From Parcubacteria group bacterium (GTDB lineage Bacteria > Patescibacteriota > Microgenomatia > UBA1400 > PJMF01), in NCBI GenBank assembly GCA_943350175.1, contig CALQZX010000003.1, positions 12,409 through 76,408 of the forward strand: a stretch of 64,000 bases of DNA. Reading direction: 5' to 3'. This document shows positions 8,365-17,837 of the stretch, in pieces (positions within the stretch are counted from its first letter, which is position 1; each line of letters starts with the position of its first letter). Both the position numbers and the translations under genes were made by a program. The notes under the pieces were generated by a model, which searched no databases, was not told the DNA's origin, and saw only the letters and a program-made list of their open reading frames with translations.

Positions 8365-9213
8365 TTATAGGACAAGATCCAAAACTTCTTTGAGATCGCC
8401 CGCCAAAGGGGCCTCAATGATCATTTGCTTGCCTGTGCTTGGATGGGTAAATTCAAGAGACATGGCGTGTAAAAACTGTCTTTTGCACCAAAAAGCATCT
8501 AGTTTGGTACGTTTTTTACCAGCGTAAATTTGATCACCAACCAAAGGATGCTGCATAGCTGCCATATGAACTCTGATTTGATGGGTGCGACCGGTTTTTG
8601 GTTCTAAATGTACCAAGGAGAAGCCAGCCTGATAAATCTCTTTGATTTTTTTGGCTTTGAATTTGCTTTGCTCTGCTATAACTGGAATTAGCTCATCTTT
8701 TAATTTAAAAAATTCTTTTTCAACTTTATAGTCAGTTACTGCTGGTTTGCCAGCACTATCTACAGTGAACTTCAATCTGTTGAAATTGCTGCGACTCATT
8801 GGCGCCACAATGTGTCCGCTTTTCTCAGCTAGTCTGCCATGAACTAGGGCTAGGTAGACTTTACTGGTTTGGCGTTTTTTGAACTGAGCTAATAAATTCA
8901 GAAGGGCTCCTGGGTTTTTGGCCAAAAGCAAAACTCCACTCGTATCTCTATCTAGACGGTGAACAATGCCAAGTCGCTCTCGCCAAATCTCTAGTGGCTC
9001 GCCAAATTCAGTCACAAAGTCATCTGGAATCATTGCAGTGTATGCAGGATTTTTCTGCCAAAATTCATCAGTAAAATATTCCTCGCCAAACTTTTCCACA
9101 AACCAATCTTGAATCGTCGGGTCTTTGACCGTGCTGGCTCGATTAACAACCAAGCTACTCGGCTTATTAATAACCAAAATATCTTGATCTTCGTATAATA
9201 TTTCTAAGTTCAT
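8365..9213 (-). CDS. RluA/RluD family pseudouridine synthase
   Basis: VINKPS, IVHRLDRDTSGV, TGRTHQIRVH, HPLVGD motifs. Confidence 0.95.
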   Translation of the reverse strand: MNLEILYEDQDILVINKPSSLVVNRASTVKDPTIQDWFVEKFGEEYFTDEFWQKNPAYTAMIPDDFVTEFGEPLEIWRERLGIVHRLDRDTSGVLLLAKNPGALLNLLAQFKKRQTSKVYLALVHGRLAEKSGHIVAPMSRSNFNRLKFTVDSAGKPAVTDYKVEKEFFKLKDELIPVIAEQSKFKAKKIKEIYQAGFSLVHLEPKTGRTHQIRVHMAAMQHPLVGDQIYAGKKRTKLDAFWCKRQFLHAMSLEFTHPSTGKQMIIEAPLAGDLKEVLDLVL

Positions 9214-9995
9214 GATTTTTTAAAGAAAGAGCGGCCAGATCTTTTATAAAGAAGAGCTAAACCAAAAACAAATACTGCCAAATAAATGAAATAGTCCAAA
9301 ACTATGCCACTAAAAAACATACCTGGCAAACGAGTCGGTCCAGTTGCAAGGTGAAAAAAACTAGTAAAAATTAAAAACATACTAAATAAAAATCCTGATT
9401 GAGCAGTCTTTTTTCCACTTCGATACCACTCAAAAGTGCGATAAGTATATTCCATTCTACTGAGATAGACGTAAGCGAACAGATAATAAAAAAGCGAATA
9501 AAGTTGGGCTGGGTGAGTCTTTTCAAAAGTACCAATCGAAATCACTCCCCAAGGCATACTGGTAAAAGTACCGCCATAGCTGCCATCCAAAAAGAAGCCA
9601 GCGTAAACAAAAATCATGCCTAAACTAACCGAAGTCACATAGAAATCTAAAATTTCAAAGGCATCCCATTTATTTCTAACTGCATGACGATATAAATACC
9701 AAGCTGCAGCAGTCAAAGCGATCAGCGGTTCATTGCCAGATTTTTCAACAATATTGAAAATGCTAAAAATGTTTTGATTAAATTGGACCCAGTGAAAAAC
9801 AACAAAGAAGAGCCTGCCCATCAAGAAACCAAAGAATCCAGATAATAGAAAAGCATCAAAAATTTCAAAAGTATCATAATGTTCTTCTCTTCCCTTTCGC
9901 CAAAAAACAAAAGCAGAAAAAAAGAGAGCTAAGAAAGCCAAAAGAGTTAATGACTTGAGGCGAAAAAATGGAAATTCAAAAAGGATTGGCAGCAT
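9210..9995 (-). CDS. lgt: prolipoprotein diacylglyceryl transferase family protein
   Basis: M.PILF, GRLFFV, GFFLDGSYGG..T.MPWGV, HPAQLY; multi-TM. Confidence 0.8.
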   Translation of the reverse strand: MLPILFEFPFFRLKSLTLLAFLALFFSAFVFWRKGREEHYDTFEIFDAFLLSGFFGFLMGRLFFVVFHWVQFNQNIFSIFNIVEKSGNEPLIALTAAAWYLYRHAVRNKWDAFEILDFYVTSVSLGMIFVYAGFFLDGSYGGTFTSMPWGVISIGTFEKTHPAQLYSLFYYLFAYVYLSRMEYTYRTFEWYRSGKKTAQSGFLFSMFLIFTSFFHLATGPTRLPGMFFSGIVLDYFIYLAVFVFGLALLYKRSGRSFFKKS

Positions 9996-10056
9996 AATTT
10001 AATGAACCATGAAGCCCGCTGTCCCCTCCGGGGACTAGTCACGCGCTTCGTTGTCC

Positions 10057-10084
10057 AAAACAAGCGATAAAACATGTTCGCTTG
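10057..10084 (-). terminator. hairpin/terminator downstream of tRNA-Leu
   Basis: CAAGCGA/TCGCTTG stem followed by TTTT on minus strand. Confidence 0.5.
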
Positions 10085-10090
10085 ACGGCG

Positions 10091-10174
10091 TGCCGGGAGA
10101 GGGAATCGAACCCTCATGAAGTTGCCTTCATAGGTTTTTGAGACCTACGCGTCTACCAATTCCGCCATCTCGGC
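10091..10174 (-). tRNA. tRNA-Leu(CAA), CCA not encoded
   Basis: GCCGAGATGGCGGAATTGGTAGACGCG, anticodon loop CTCAAAA, long variable arm, GGTTCGATTCC T arm. Confidence 0.96.
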
Positions 10175-10246
10175 TAAAAGATTGAACTAAAGAACTACAG
10201 GATGTTTTATATTTTACCTTATTTTTGCCACAAGTCTAATATTTGA

Positions 10247-11023
10247 TCACTTAATCAAATCGATCACAGGACCAAATGGACCATCAACTGGCAAAACCAG
10301 GTCAAACTTTTCTGCAAAATGTTCTTGATTGCTGCTGCTAAAAGCCACTTTGTAAGTTAAATCGAAATCAATTCCTATAGACATTTTAGCGTCATCCAGA
10401 CTATCACCAATGAGCAAGCATTGGCTTCTACTCGGCTTAAGATCAATTAAGTTGTTTTTTACAAGCAAATGACCAGTTTTGTTAGCGATGTGGATGATTG
10501 GTTTAACTGTGTCTATAAAATAGCCTTGCTCATCAAAAATAATCTGATTGCTAAAAACCTTAATATTGTCTGCAAAAACACCTTCTTTTTCCAAAAGATA
10601 TTCGATTGCAAGCTTTCCAAAACCGCCAGCCGAAAAAATAATTAGAGGAATTTCTTTAGCATTGATTGCTTTTACAAAATCCAATAACTGATCTCTCCAC
10701 TGCATAAGCGGCGAATCACATACTTCCAACAACATTTCTTTGGAAACTCCACATTCCTTCATTACAGCAAAACTTTTTTCCCACCACTCTTGCATTAGAT
10801 CAATCTTCTCTTCCTCACCAATATGTGGATCGATCTCGATTGGATAATAGTGATTAAAAAGCTGATGGCTAGCATCTAGACCGTCTTTGCCTAAGTATTT
10901 TTCATCCATCAGAATTGTCATTAAAGCTGAAGTTTTTTTGCCCATCACCTCTTTCTTGGTGAAAGTGCCATCAAAATCGGCAATGATTATAGTGTTGGCT
11001 GGATCAAGTAAATCTAATTTCAT
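10247..11023 (-). CDS. HAD pyrimidine 5'-nucleotidase (cN-III/UMPH-1 family)
   Basis: ADFDGT motif I, HYYPIEIDP....EEK..LM.EWW cap, IFSAG, K, LIGDSLDD. Confidence 0.85.
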   Translation of the reverse strand: MKLDLLDPANTIIIADFDGTFTKKEVMGKKTSALMTILMDEKYLGKDGLDASHQLFNHYYPIEIDPHIGEEEKIDLMQEWWEKSFAVMKECGVSKEMLLEVCDSPLMQWRDQLLDFVKAINAKEIPLIIFSAGGFGKLAIEYLLEKEGVFADNIKVFSNQIIFDEQGYFIDTVKPIIHIANKTGHLLVKNNLIDLKPSRSQCLLIGDSLDDAKMSIGIDFDLTYKVAFSSSNQEHFAEKFDLVLPVDGPFGPVIDLIK

Positions 11024-11086
11024 GAAGCGTATAGTTTAGCATATCGTCCTCTTGCCTCCAACGTTAAAATCAGTCATATTTAAGTC

Positions 11087-11320
11087 ATGGATGCTATTAG
11101 AAATTTAGTTAGTCAAGCTTTTGCCGTAGACAGCATCTGGTCTATCGTCGTTCGTGGGGTGATTTGGATGGTGATCGCCATGATTATTATTGTTAGTGTA
11201 GATAATCCAAATTCAGATTTATCTAGCAAAAAACTCAAAGCCAATTTGGGCTTTTTTACAATGTTTTTACTGTTGTCTGGTGGATTAATTTATCTCTTGT
11301 TCGGCGTCGGAGCAAAATAG
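11087..11320 (+). CDS. small two-TM membrane protein
   Basis: Two hydrophobic helices; TTGCCT-17-CATATT promoter 6 nt before ATG. Confidence 0.7.
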   Translation: MDAIRNLVSQAFAVDSIWSIVVRGVIWMVIAMIIIVSVDNPNSDLSSKKLKANLGFFTMFLLLSGGLIYLLFGVGAK

Positions 11321-11346
11321 AAACACAATTTTCTAATATAAAACAA

Positions 11347-11442
11347 AAACAGTAAGGAAAGTCATTTTTGAGGCATTCGATCACCTGAGCGAACGTCTTC
11401 GCTCAAGAGATCGTGGCGAAAAAATGAATTTCCTTACTGTTT
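11347..11442. repeat. 96-nt imperfect inverted repeat overlapping dnaB stop
   Basis: AAACAGTAAGGAAA(G)TCATTTTT pairs with AAAAATGA(A)TTTCCTTACTGTTT; inner CGATC/GATCG and TGAGCGAA/TTCGCTCA. Confidence 0.75.
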
Positions 11443-12741
11443 CCTATTCTCCATCCCAAAGAATTTAACTCTGTCGCCTCTAAAGTAGAGTTCGATATCG
11501 CCAAGACCACCATTACGATGCTTGGCAATTTTAAGAGTTACAGATTCACGTAGATCATCATCTTTACGATACAAGAACATCACGACGTCAGCATCCTGCT
11601 CGATAGAACCAGATTCACGAAGGTCAGAAAGCTGAGGAGCTTTTTCACCACGTTGTTCCACGGCACGAGACAGCTGAGCTAGAGCCAAAACTGGAATTTT
11701 TAATTCACGAGCAATATTTTTGAGACCCTGAGAAATTTCACCCACTTCTTGAACACGATTTTCGCGATTTTGACCATGAGCCAACTGCAAATAGTCAACA
11801 ATTAAGAGATCAATCTCTTGCTCCATCATCAAACGACGAGCCTTGGTACGCATTTCGTAAATACTAAGACCTGGAGTATCGTCAATAAAAAGTTTGGTTT
11901 CTGCCAAAACGCCCATAGCATCAGAAATCTTGAGGAAATCTTCTTGGGATAAGCGACCAGTTTTAAGTTTCCAGGCATCAATATCAGCCTGACCAACCAA
12001 CAAACGATCAACTAGCTCTTCTCTACTCATTTCCAAAGAGAAAAAGCCAATCTTTTTCTTGGCCACGATGGTTGCATATTGAGCAATGTTAACCGCGAAA
12101 GCAGTTTTACCAGTACCAGGGCGAGCTGCCAAAATAATTAAGTTGGATTTTTGCAGTCCTGCAGTCATACGGTCTAAGTCAGCAAAACCAGTTGGCAAGC
12201 CACGCAGTTCTCCACCACTCTTCTGTAATTCATCCAAACGATCGAAACTTTCAACTAGAGTTTGTTTGATTGGAGTAAAATCACGACGAGCATGAGTTTG
12301 CGAAATGGCCATCACCTTTTGTTCAGCTGTATCAAGAATTTCGTTGACTTCTTTGCTTTCATCAAAAGCCAAATTACCCATTTCATTGGAAAGAGCAATT
12401 AATTCTCTTTTGACGTATTTTTCTTTGACCATGGAAGCATAATTTTCCACGTTGGCTGCGGTTGACAACAGATTGGACAGCTGACTGATTCCGGAAACTC
12501 CACCTGCTGTTCGAATATTTTTATCTTTAGTTAATTGATCTTTGAGGGTAATAACATCGATGGCCATGCGCTTGTCATAAAGCTCAAGCATGGCAGAAAA
12601 AATTACTTGATTGGCCTTGCTATAGAAAGACTCTGGCTTAAGCAGCTCAGAGACCGTAATCATGGCGTCTTTATCAATTAAAATAGCAGCCAAGACTGAG
12701 TTTTCTGCATCAAGATCATGTGGCGGAACTTTTGGATCCAT
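11434..12741 (-). CDS. dnaB: replicative DNA helicase
   Basis: PPHDLDAE, AARPGTGKT, FSLEMS, IVDYLQL, SDLRESGSIEQDAD. Confidence 0.98.
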   Translation of the reverse strand: MDPKVPPHDLDAENSVLAAILIDKDAMITVSELLKPESFYSKANQVIFSAMLELYDKRMAIDVITLKDQLTKDKNIRTAGGVSGISQLSNLLSTAANVENYASMVKEKYVKRELIALSNEMGNLAFDESKEVNEILDTAEQKVMAISQTHARRDFTPIKQTLVESFDRLDELQKSGGELRGLPTGFADLDRMTAGLQKSNLIILAARPGTGKTAFAVNIAQYATIVAKKKIGFFSLEMSREELVDRLLVGQADIDAWKLKTGRLSQEDFLKISDAMGVLAETKLFIDDTPGLSIYEMRTKARRLMMEQEIDLLIVDYLQLAHGQNRENRVQEVGEISQGLKNIARELKIPVLALAQLSRAVEQRGEKAPQLSDLRESGSIEQDADVVMFLYRKDDDLRESVTLKIAKHRNGGLGDIELYFRGDRVKFFGMENRKQ

Positions 12742-12773
12742 ATCTTTTTTCTTTAATTACGAATTCAATTAAT

Positions 12774-13430
12774 TTAACTGCGACGCAAGACCACTAACTG
12801 CATTTCTTCTGGCAAACGATCTTTTTCAACAATCAATTTGTCTTCTGGCTCTGGCGACATGCCGAAACTTTGCAAAAATTGCTCGAGTGGCTTGACTTTG
12901 GTATCGTTTGGATAAGAACTATCACTATAGTGCATAGGAATCAAAATGCTTGGACTGATGGCATTGGCAACTTTGATCGCCTCATCATTCATCAATGAGA
13001 ATGGACCGCCAACCGGTAGAAATAAAACGTCAATCATGCCAATAGCGTCCAATTGTTTCTCATCCAACTGGTGAGCCAGATCTCCCAAGTGACAAATGGA
13101 AATGCCATCAATGAGAAATTTAAAAACAATATTAGGACCTTTTTCCGCACCATTTACTTGATCATGAAAAGTCTTGGTGCCAAAAACTGAAATGCCACCC
13201 ACTTCATACTCTCCTCCGAAATCAACAATAAATGGATTTTCTCTTTTACTAGTGCCCTTCACTTTATCTTTGGCGTTATGATCATCATGATCGTGCGAGA
13301 TAGTAACAATTTCTGCATTTAAACGAGATAAAGGTATGCCGACTGTTTTGTCATCAAATGGATCAGTAACAACACTGCCCATCTCTCCTTTAAGTTTAAA
13401 ACAAGAATGTCCATGATAGGTAATTTGCAT
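12774..13430 (-). CDS. MBL-fold Zn hydrolase
   Basis: GHSCF, SHDHDDH, HLGDL, IPMHY. Confidence 0.9.
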   Translation of the reverse strand: MQITYHGHSCFKLKGEMGSVVTDPFDDKTVGIPLSRLNAEIVTISHDHDDHNAKDKVKGTSKRENPFIVDFGGEYEVGGISVFGTKTFHDQVNGAEKGPNIVFKFLIDGISICHLGDLAHQLDEKQLDAIGMIDVLFLPVGGPFSLMNDEAIKVANAISPSILIPMHYSDSSYPNDTKVKPLEQFLQSFGMSPEPEDKLIVEKDRLPEEMQLVVLRRS

Positions 13431-13507
13431 AATAGGACCCTAGTTTATCATGAAAACTTTACTTTTGTGTATAATTGACATAGGATACACTCTCCTAATC
13501 AAAAATT

Positions 13508-13933
13508 ATGCGAAAAGAAATTCTTTTAGCTGTTTTCGTTGGCATCACCCTTGGTTTAATGATTACCTTCGGGATATATCAAAATTCTGAAAATGCCAAA
13601 AGCGGTCAAGATAGCAACACAGATCAGTTGATTAATAACCCCATCAGTACTCAGTCTGCGGTTGTTCAAGACCCTCAACTAGTCATCAATAGTCCGGATG
13701 AAGATCTCCTCAGCAATGAAGAAGAATTGATTGTTTCTGGCAGCGGCATTCCAGACAGTTTTGTAGTAATTTTTGTCAATGATATTGAGAGCATTAGCAA
13801 CACAGATCAATCTGGAAATTTTTCAATCAAAGTCAAACTAATTAAAGGTGGAAATTTAATTGAAATCAACAGTATTGATGAAGATGGTAAACAGATTAGC
13901 AAACAAAGAACAGTGATCTATGAACCTAAATAA
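13508..13933 (+). CDS. membrane-anchored protein with Ig-like beta domain
   Basis: N-terminal TM; INSP..VSG...GNFS..VKL..G.N.I pattern. Confidence 0.6.
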   Translation: MRKEILLAVFVGITLGLMITFGIYQNSENAKSGQDSNTDQLINNPISTQSAVVQDPQLVINSPDEDLLSNEEELIVSGSGIPDSFVVIFVNDIESISNTDQSGNFSIKVKLIKGGNLIEINSIDEDGKQISKQRTVIYEPK

Positions 13934-14636
13934 TAAAAAAATGAATCGCCGCAATTTATTCCTAGTCCTTGCGTTCATCCTTTTCCTAGTCCCAGCCAAG
14001 CTGGTTTTTGCAGAAAATAACGCCACCAGCAGCTCCGCCAGTGCCGATCAAAAAACAGAAGAAAATGAGAATAGCACCATCAATAACATCAAAAAAGTTA
14101 TTCAAGAAAAAAAAGTTGAATTGGGCAGCGCCGGAGCTAATTTGCGCAGTGAAAGAGCCTATCTTGCTAAAGTCTTGAGGGTGAGTGAGGAAACTTTAAC
14201 TGTAACCAACTACTCTGGTAATAAAATAATTCCTCTAGTAGAGAGTATTTCTGTCCAAAAAAATGACAAGGACGCAAAAATCTCTGAAATTGCTGTTGGT
14301 AGTTTTGTTGGTGTTCACGGCGAAATGATTAACGATAACTTAAAAATCAAAAAAATCAGCATCTACGAAAAAGACTTTAGCCCTAAAGATAAAATCATTA
14401 CCCTCGGTTCAATTTCTATGATCGGCAAAAACGATCTAAAAATTACTCCCCGCTCTGGAGAAAAAGAGCTGGCTTTTAGCTTTGACAAAAAAACCAATTT
14501 CCAAAACTATCAAGGTGAAGATGCTGAATTAATTGAATTTTATGAAGACCTACAGTGTCTAGTGGTTGCTTTTGCAGATAAAAATGGCAACTACGTGGTG
14601 AGCACGATTAGAGCTTTGAGTACTTTTGAAAAATAG
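13920..14636 (+). CDS. secreted hypothetical protein with two OB-like beta repeats
   Basis: Signal peptide (..LVFA-E); two repeats like ISEIAVGSFVGVHG. Confidence 0.55.
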   Translation: MNLNNKKMNRRNLFLVLAFILFLVPAKLVFAENNATSSSASADQKTEENENSTINNIKKVIQEKKVELGSAGANLRSERAYLAKVLRVSEETLTVTNYSGNKIIPLVESISVQKNDKDAKISEIAVGSFVGVHGEMINDNLKIKKISIYEKDFSPKDKIITLGSISMIGKNDLKITPRSGEKELAFSFDKKTNFQNYQGEDAELIEFYEDLQCLVVAFADKNGNYVVSTIRALSTFEK

Positions 14637-14645
14637 ACTAAACTT

Positions 14646-15734
14646 ATGGTAATGAACATCATTGACCAAAGAATCAAAAAACTACAAAATTCTCTCACCG
14701 ATCAACAAAGCATCCTCCTTTCAAGGAATAGCGACATTTTATATTTTTCGTCTTTCATTAGTACTGTGCCAGAAGAAAGAAGTGCTTTTTGCCTGGTTAG
14801 CAAAAATTCCTCTCACCTATTGTTGCAAAATTTTTTGCCAAAACCAGAAAATTTTCCTGGAGAAATTTTAACCGGCGCGTCATTGAGTAAGTTATCGGAT
14901 CACCTTACCAGTTTGAAAAACAAACTAAATATAGATGAGATTTTCTTGGATTTTGAGAACCTCAATGTAGAAGAATTTAGAGTGATTAGCAAAATAGATG
15001 GACTCAAAGTCAATGTTTTAGATAAGAAAATAATTTGGAAAATCAGAAGTCAAAAGGATCAAAGCGAGATTAATAAAATTAAAACCGCCATCAAAATCAC
15101 AGAACAAGCCGTCGAAGAAACAATCCAAGAATTAAAAGTTGGTTTGACTGAAATAGAAGTCAAAAAAATTCTAGAAAATAAAATTCGCCAGCATACCTTC
15201 TGCGATCTGGCTTTCCCCAGCATCATTGCCTTTGCTGAAAATTCCGTTCTTCCCCATCACCAATCTGGCTCCAAGAAGCTCACTAGAAACTGCGTTGTTT
15301 TGATTGACAGTGGCGCTAAATATCAAGAATACTGCGCCGATATGACTAGAACTTTGTTTTTTAAGGAAGAAAAAGCTGACAAAAATAAAGGTAGCGAAGA
15401 AAAAAGCGAGCTTGAGTTGGAGTTTGAAAAAATCTTGAAAATCGTCAAAACAGCCTATGAAAAAGCTGAGATATTACTCTCTTCCAAAGAAGTGAGAGCC
15501 GCTGATCTAGATCTCGCTTGTCGCAATTACATTACAAAAAAAGGCTATGCAAAAGACTTCATTCACACCACCGGGCACGGCCTAGGCATTGATATTCACG
15601 AACCGCCCTCAGTATATAGAACTAATGATACCAAGTTAATTCCTGGCATGGTTCTGACCATTGAACCAGGCATTTATCTTGAGGGAAAATTTGGCGTGAG
15701 GTGGGAAAATACGGTTTTTTACACCGGTGTTTGA
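14646..15734 (+). CDS. Xaa-Pro aminopeptidase (M24)
   Basis: IDSGA..YCADMTRT, HTTGHGLGIDIHE, TIEPGIY, GVRWE. Confidence 0.93.
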   Translation: MVMNIIDQRIKKLQNSLTDQQSILLSRNSDILYFSSFISTVPEERSAFCLVSKNSSHLLLQNFLPKPENFPGEILTGASLSKLSDHLTSLKNKLNIDEIFLDFENLNVEEFRVISKIDGLKVNVLDKKIIWKIRSQKDQSEINKIKTAIKITEQAVEETIQELKVGLTEIEVKKILENKIRQHTFCDLAFPSIIAFAENSVLPHHQSGSKKLTRNCVVLIDSGAKYQEYCADMTRTLFFKEEKADKNKGSEEKSELELEFEKILKIVKTAYEKAEILLSSKEVRAADLDLACRNYITKKGYAKDFIHTTGHGLGIDIHEPPSVYRTNDTKLIPGMVLTIEPGIYLEGKFGVRWENTVFYTGV

Positions 15735-17647
15735 ACTTTACTAAAATATCCTGTTGCTATCAACTCAGTTAATTTATCTCGATGATACATAATTGCTGTT
15801 GCTCGACCCATCATGTCTGACCAAATTTCTGCAATAGCTTCTTTGGTTAAATAGTGTCCAGCTTCAGGGTGCTCTCGATATAATTTTTCCATTTGTTGGT
15901 CGATTGTATCAGTCATTGCCATTGCCCCAACCCTCATATCTTTATGATTGAGAACCGTGTCTTTGCCGCCAGCGATAATTTTTAGATTTGAAATCAGACC
16001 AGCAAAATTCGCTCCAACCATTTTTACCACTTCTTTAACATTGAATAATTTTATGGTTGGATCGCCAACAACTACATTTGCTTCTTGTAAAACCTGATCA
16101 TCCATTAACACCCCACCCACCTCTCTGTGCAAACCAACAAAATGTGTCGCTTTTACTAAAAACCTGCCAAAAGCATTTTTAGCAACAAAATCATTCAGAG
16201 ATGAGTCGACAATTTTAAGTTTGTTTCCAATCCCAAAAGTTGCCTGACCAGCCTCTTTATTTATTTTATTAACCTGTAATAGCAATCTCAGACCAGCAGC
16301 TCTTAGTGGGTCAATCAGAAAAGCATGAACATGATTAGAATTTCTAAAAATTCCCTTAGCTTCTTTGCCTCGCATCAACGGTGTCTCTGCTTCCCAGATA
16401 GCATTGGGGAATTTATTTTGTAAAATATTAATTAAGTATCTTCTGATATTGTCGCCGTCTCTTTCATTTGGCAATGGATAATTCTGAAGATTGTTCATTT
16501 TTACTGCAGCGATATCTTTTAAAAACTCTCCTTTTCCTTCAACACTCAGACCAGATTTTTCACCCTGAAATCCAGCTATTACCCTAGGCCATTCATCATG
16601 CAAAAATTGTGCATCCGCCAAAATTTGCTCACCAAAAGGCATTTGTTTTAATCTTGAAGTTAGGATTTCCATGCCTTTTTCAGCTACAGTTCTTTGATCA
16701 CTCGCTGTTTTTCCCAATTGATCAGCATATTTCAGCATCCCATCGGTAAATCTGCCCACAGCATTTCCCAAATAGGCTCTGATAACTTCCCAACCACCCA
16801 TCGAGTGGCCATCTACTCCAGCTACCCTATTGCTCATCCAAGTGCCACTTAGTAGCTCTGCTAAATTAATTAATTCTTTGGTGTAATTTTTATTCCCAAA
16901 AATTTCATTCCTCTTCTCTACTGTTTGTTCGAGTTTTTTGATTCCCTTCAAACTTTGGTAATAAAGAAGCAAATCTTGGGTGATTTTATTATCAAGATGC
17001 AGCAGTGCCTCGGCTAATTGAGCGTAAGTCGCATCCATGTCGTATTTTGGTTTATCTTCGCGCGTATTCTGTTCGGTTTTATTTAAATGTGTCCCACCAC
17101 TTCCTTTGGTCATTAACATGACCACCATTTCTTTTTGACTAAGTTGCAAGCTTTGATTCTGCTCGCCAGTCATCTCGCCTTTTGCTAAGGCATCAATGAT
17201 CGGCTGTTCTGCTGGGATTCCCGCTCCATAGCCATGATCTTTGTAATAAATCGCCTCTACTCCAGACATCAACTCAGTCCACTTCTCCCTACGTTCTCTT
17301 TGTGAAAGTCCAATCCATTCACTTACTCCACCTTCAGGTTTAATACCTTGTTTCGCTATGGTCCAACCAATTTCTCTGGTAATTTCTGAGGGAATTAAAA
17401 CTAATTCATAAATCATGCCTGTTTTTTGATCCACCATGATTTCCAATGACTCTGCCTTATTGAACTCAATTCTGCCAGAATTCTTTCTTAATTCAATCAG
17501 CTCGCTTAAGCGTTCATAAAAGCTATTAACCACGTTAACCGCAATGGTGAATTCACTTGGGTCTGGACCATTTTCTAAAACATCAAAAGAATGAACTTTC
17601 ATTCTCGATTCTTCGCTTAAACCTCTCATTTCTTCAAGTCTAGTCAT
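15719..17647 (-). CDS. large hypothetical protein with alpha/beta-hydrolase catalytic motifs
   Basis: HGYG, GHSMGG, IAGGKD, AGHY in canonical order. Confidence 0.55.
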   Translation of the reverse strand: MTRLEEMRGLSEESRMKVHSFDVLENGPDPSEFTIAVNVVNSFYERLSELIELRKNSGRIEFNKAESLEIMVDQKTGMIYELVLIPSEITREIGWTIAKQGIKPEGGVSEWIGLSQRERREKWTELMSGVEAIYYKDHGYGAGIPAEQPIIDALAKGEMTGEQNQSLQLSQKEMVVMLMTKGSGGTHLNKTEQNTREDKPKYDMDATYAQLAEALLHLDNKITQDLLLYYQSLKGIKKLEQTVEKRNEIFGNKNYTKELINLAELLSGTWMSNRVAGVDGHSMGGWEVIRAYLGNAVGRFTDGMLKYADQLGKTASDQRTVAEKGMEILTSRLKQMPFGEQILADAQFLHDEWPRVIAGFQGEKSGLSVEGKGEFLKDIAAVKMNNLQNYPLPNERDGDNIRRYLINILQNKFPNAIWEAETPLMRGKEAKGIFRNSNHVHAFLIDPLRAAGLRLLLQVNKINKEAGQATFGIGNKLKIVDSSLNDFVAKNAFGRFLVKATHFVGLHREVGGVLMDDQVLQEANVVVGDPTIKLFNVKEVVKMVGANFAGLISNLKIIAGGKDTVLNHKDMRVGAMAMTDTIDQQMEKLYREHPEAGHYLTKEAIAEIWSDMMGRATAIMYHRDKLTELIATGYFSKVQTPV

Positions 17648-17684
17648 AGTATTTATTTCTCAATAAAACTAATCCTTAAAAATG

Positions 17685-17757
17685 TGGACCGGAGGGGAAT
17701 CGAACCCCTGATCTCTGCAATGCGAATGCAGCGCTCTACCAATTGAGCCACCGGCCC
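17685..17757 (-). tRNA. tRNA-Ala(CGC), CCA not encoded
   Basis: GGGCCGGTGGCTCAATTGGTAGAGCG, anticodon loop TTCGCAT, G3:U70 pair. Confidence 0.96.
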
Positions 17758-17837
17758 TTTCTTTTCTTCTGCTACCCGCACCAAATATTACTAAAAAATA
17801 GCTAAAGTAGTATAACATTGTATAATTAGAGTCAACC

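Noticed and set aside
10091-17757. prophage or integrative element at tRNA-Leu or tRNA-Ala
   Set aside because: No integrase, phage genes or duplicated tRNA 3' end found in the window.
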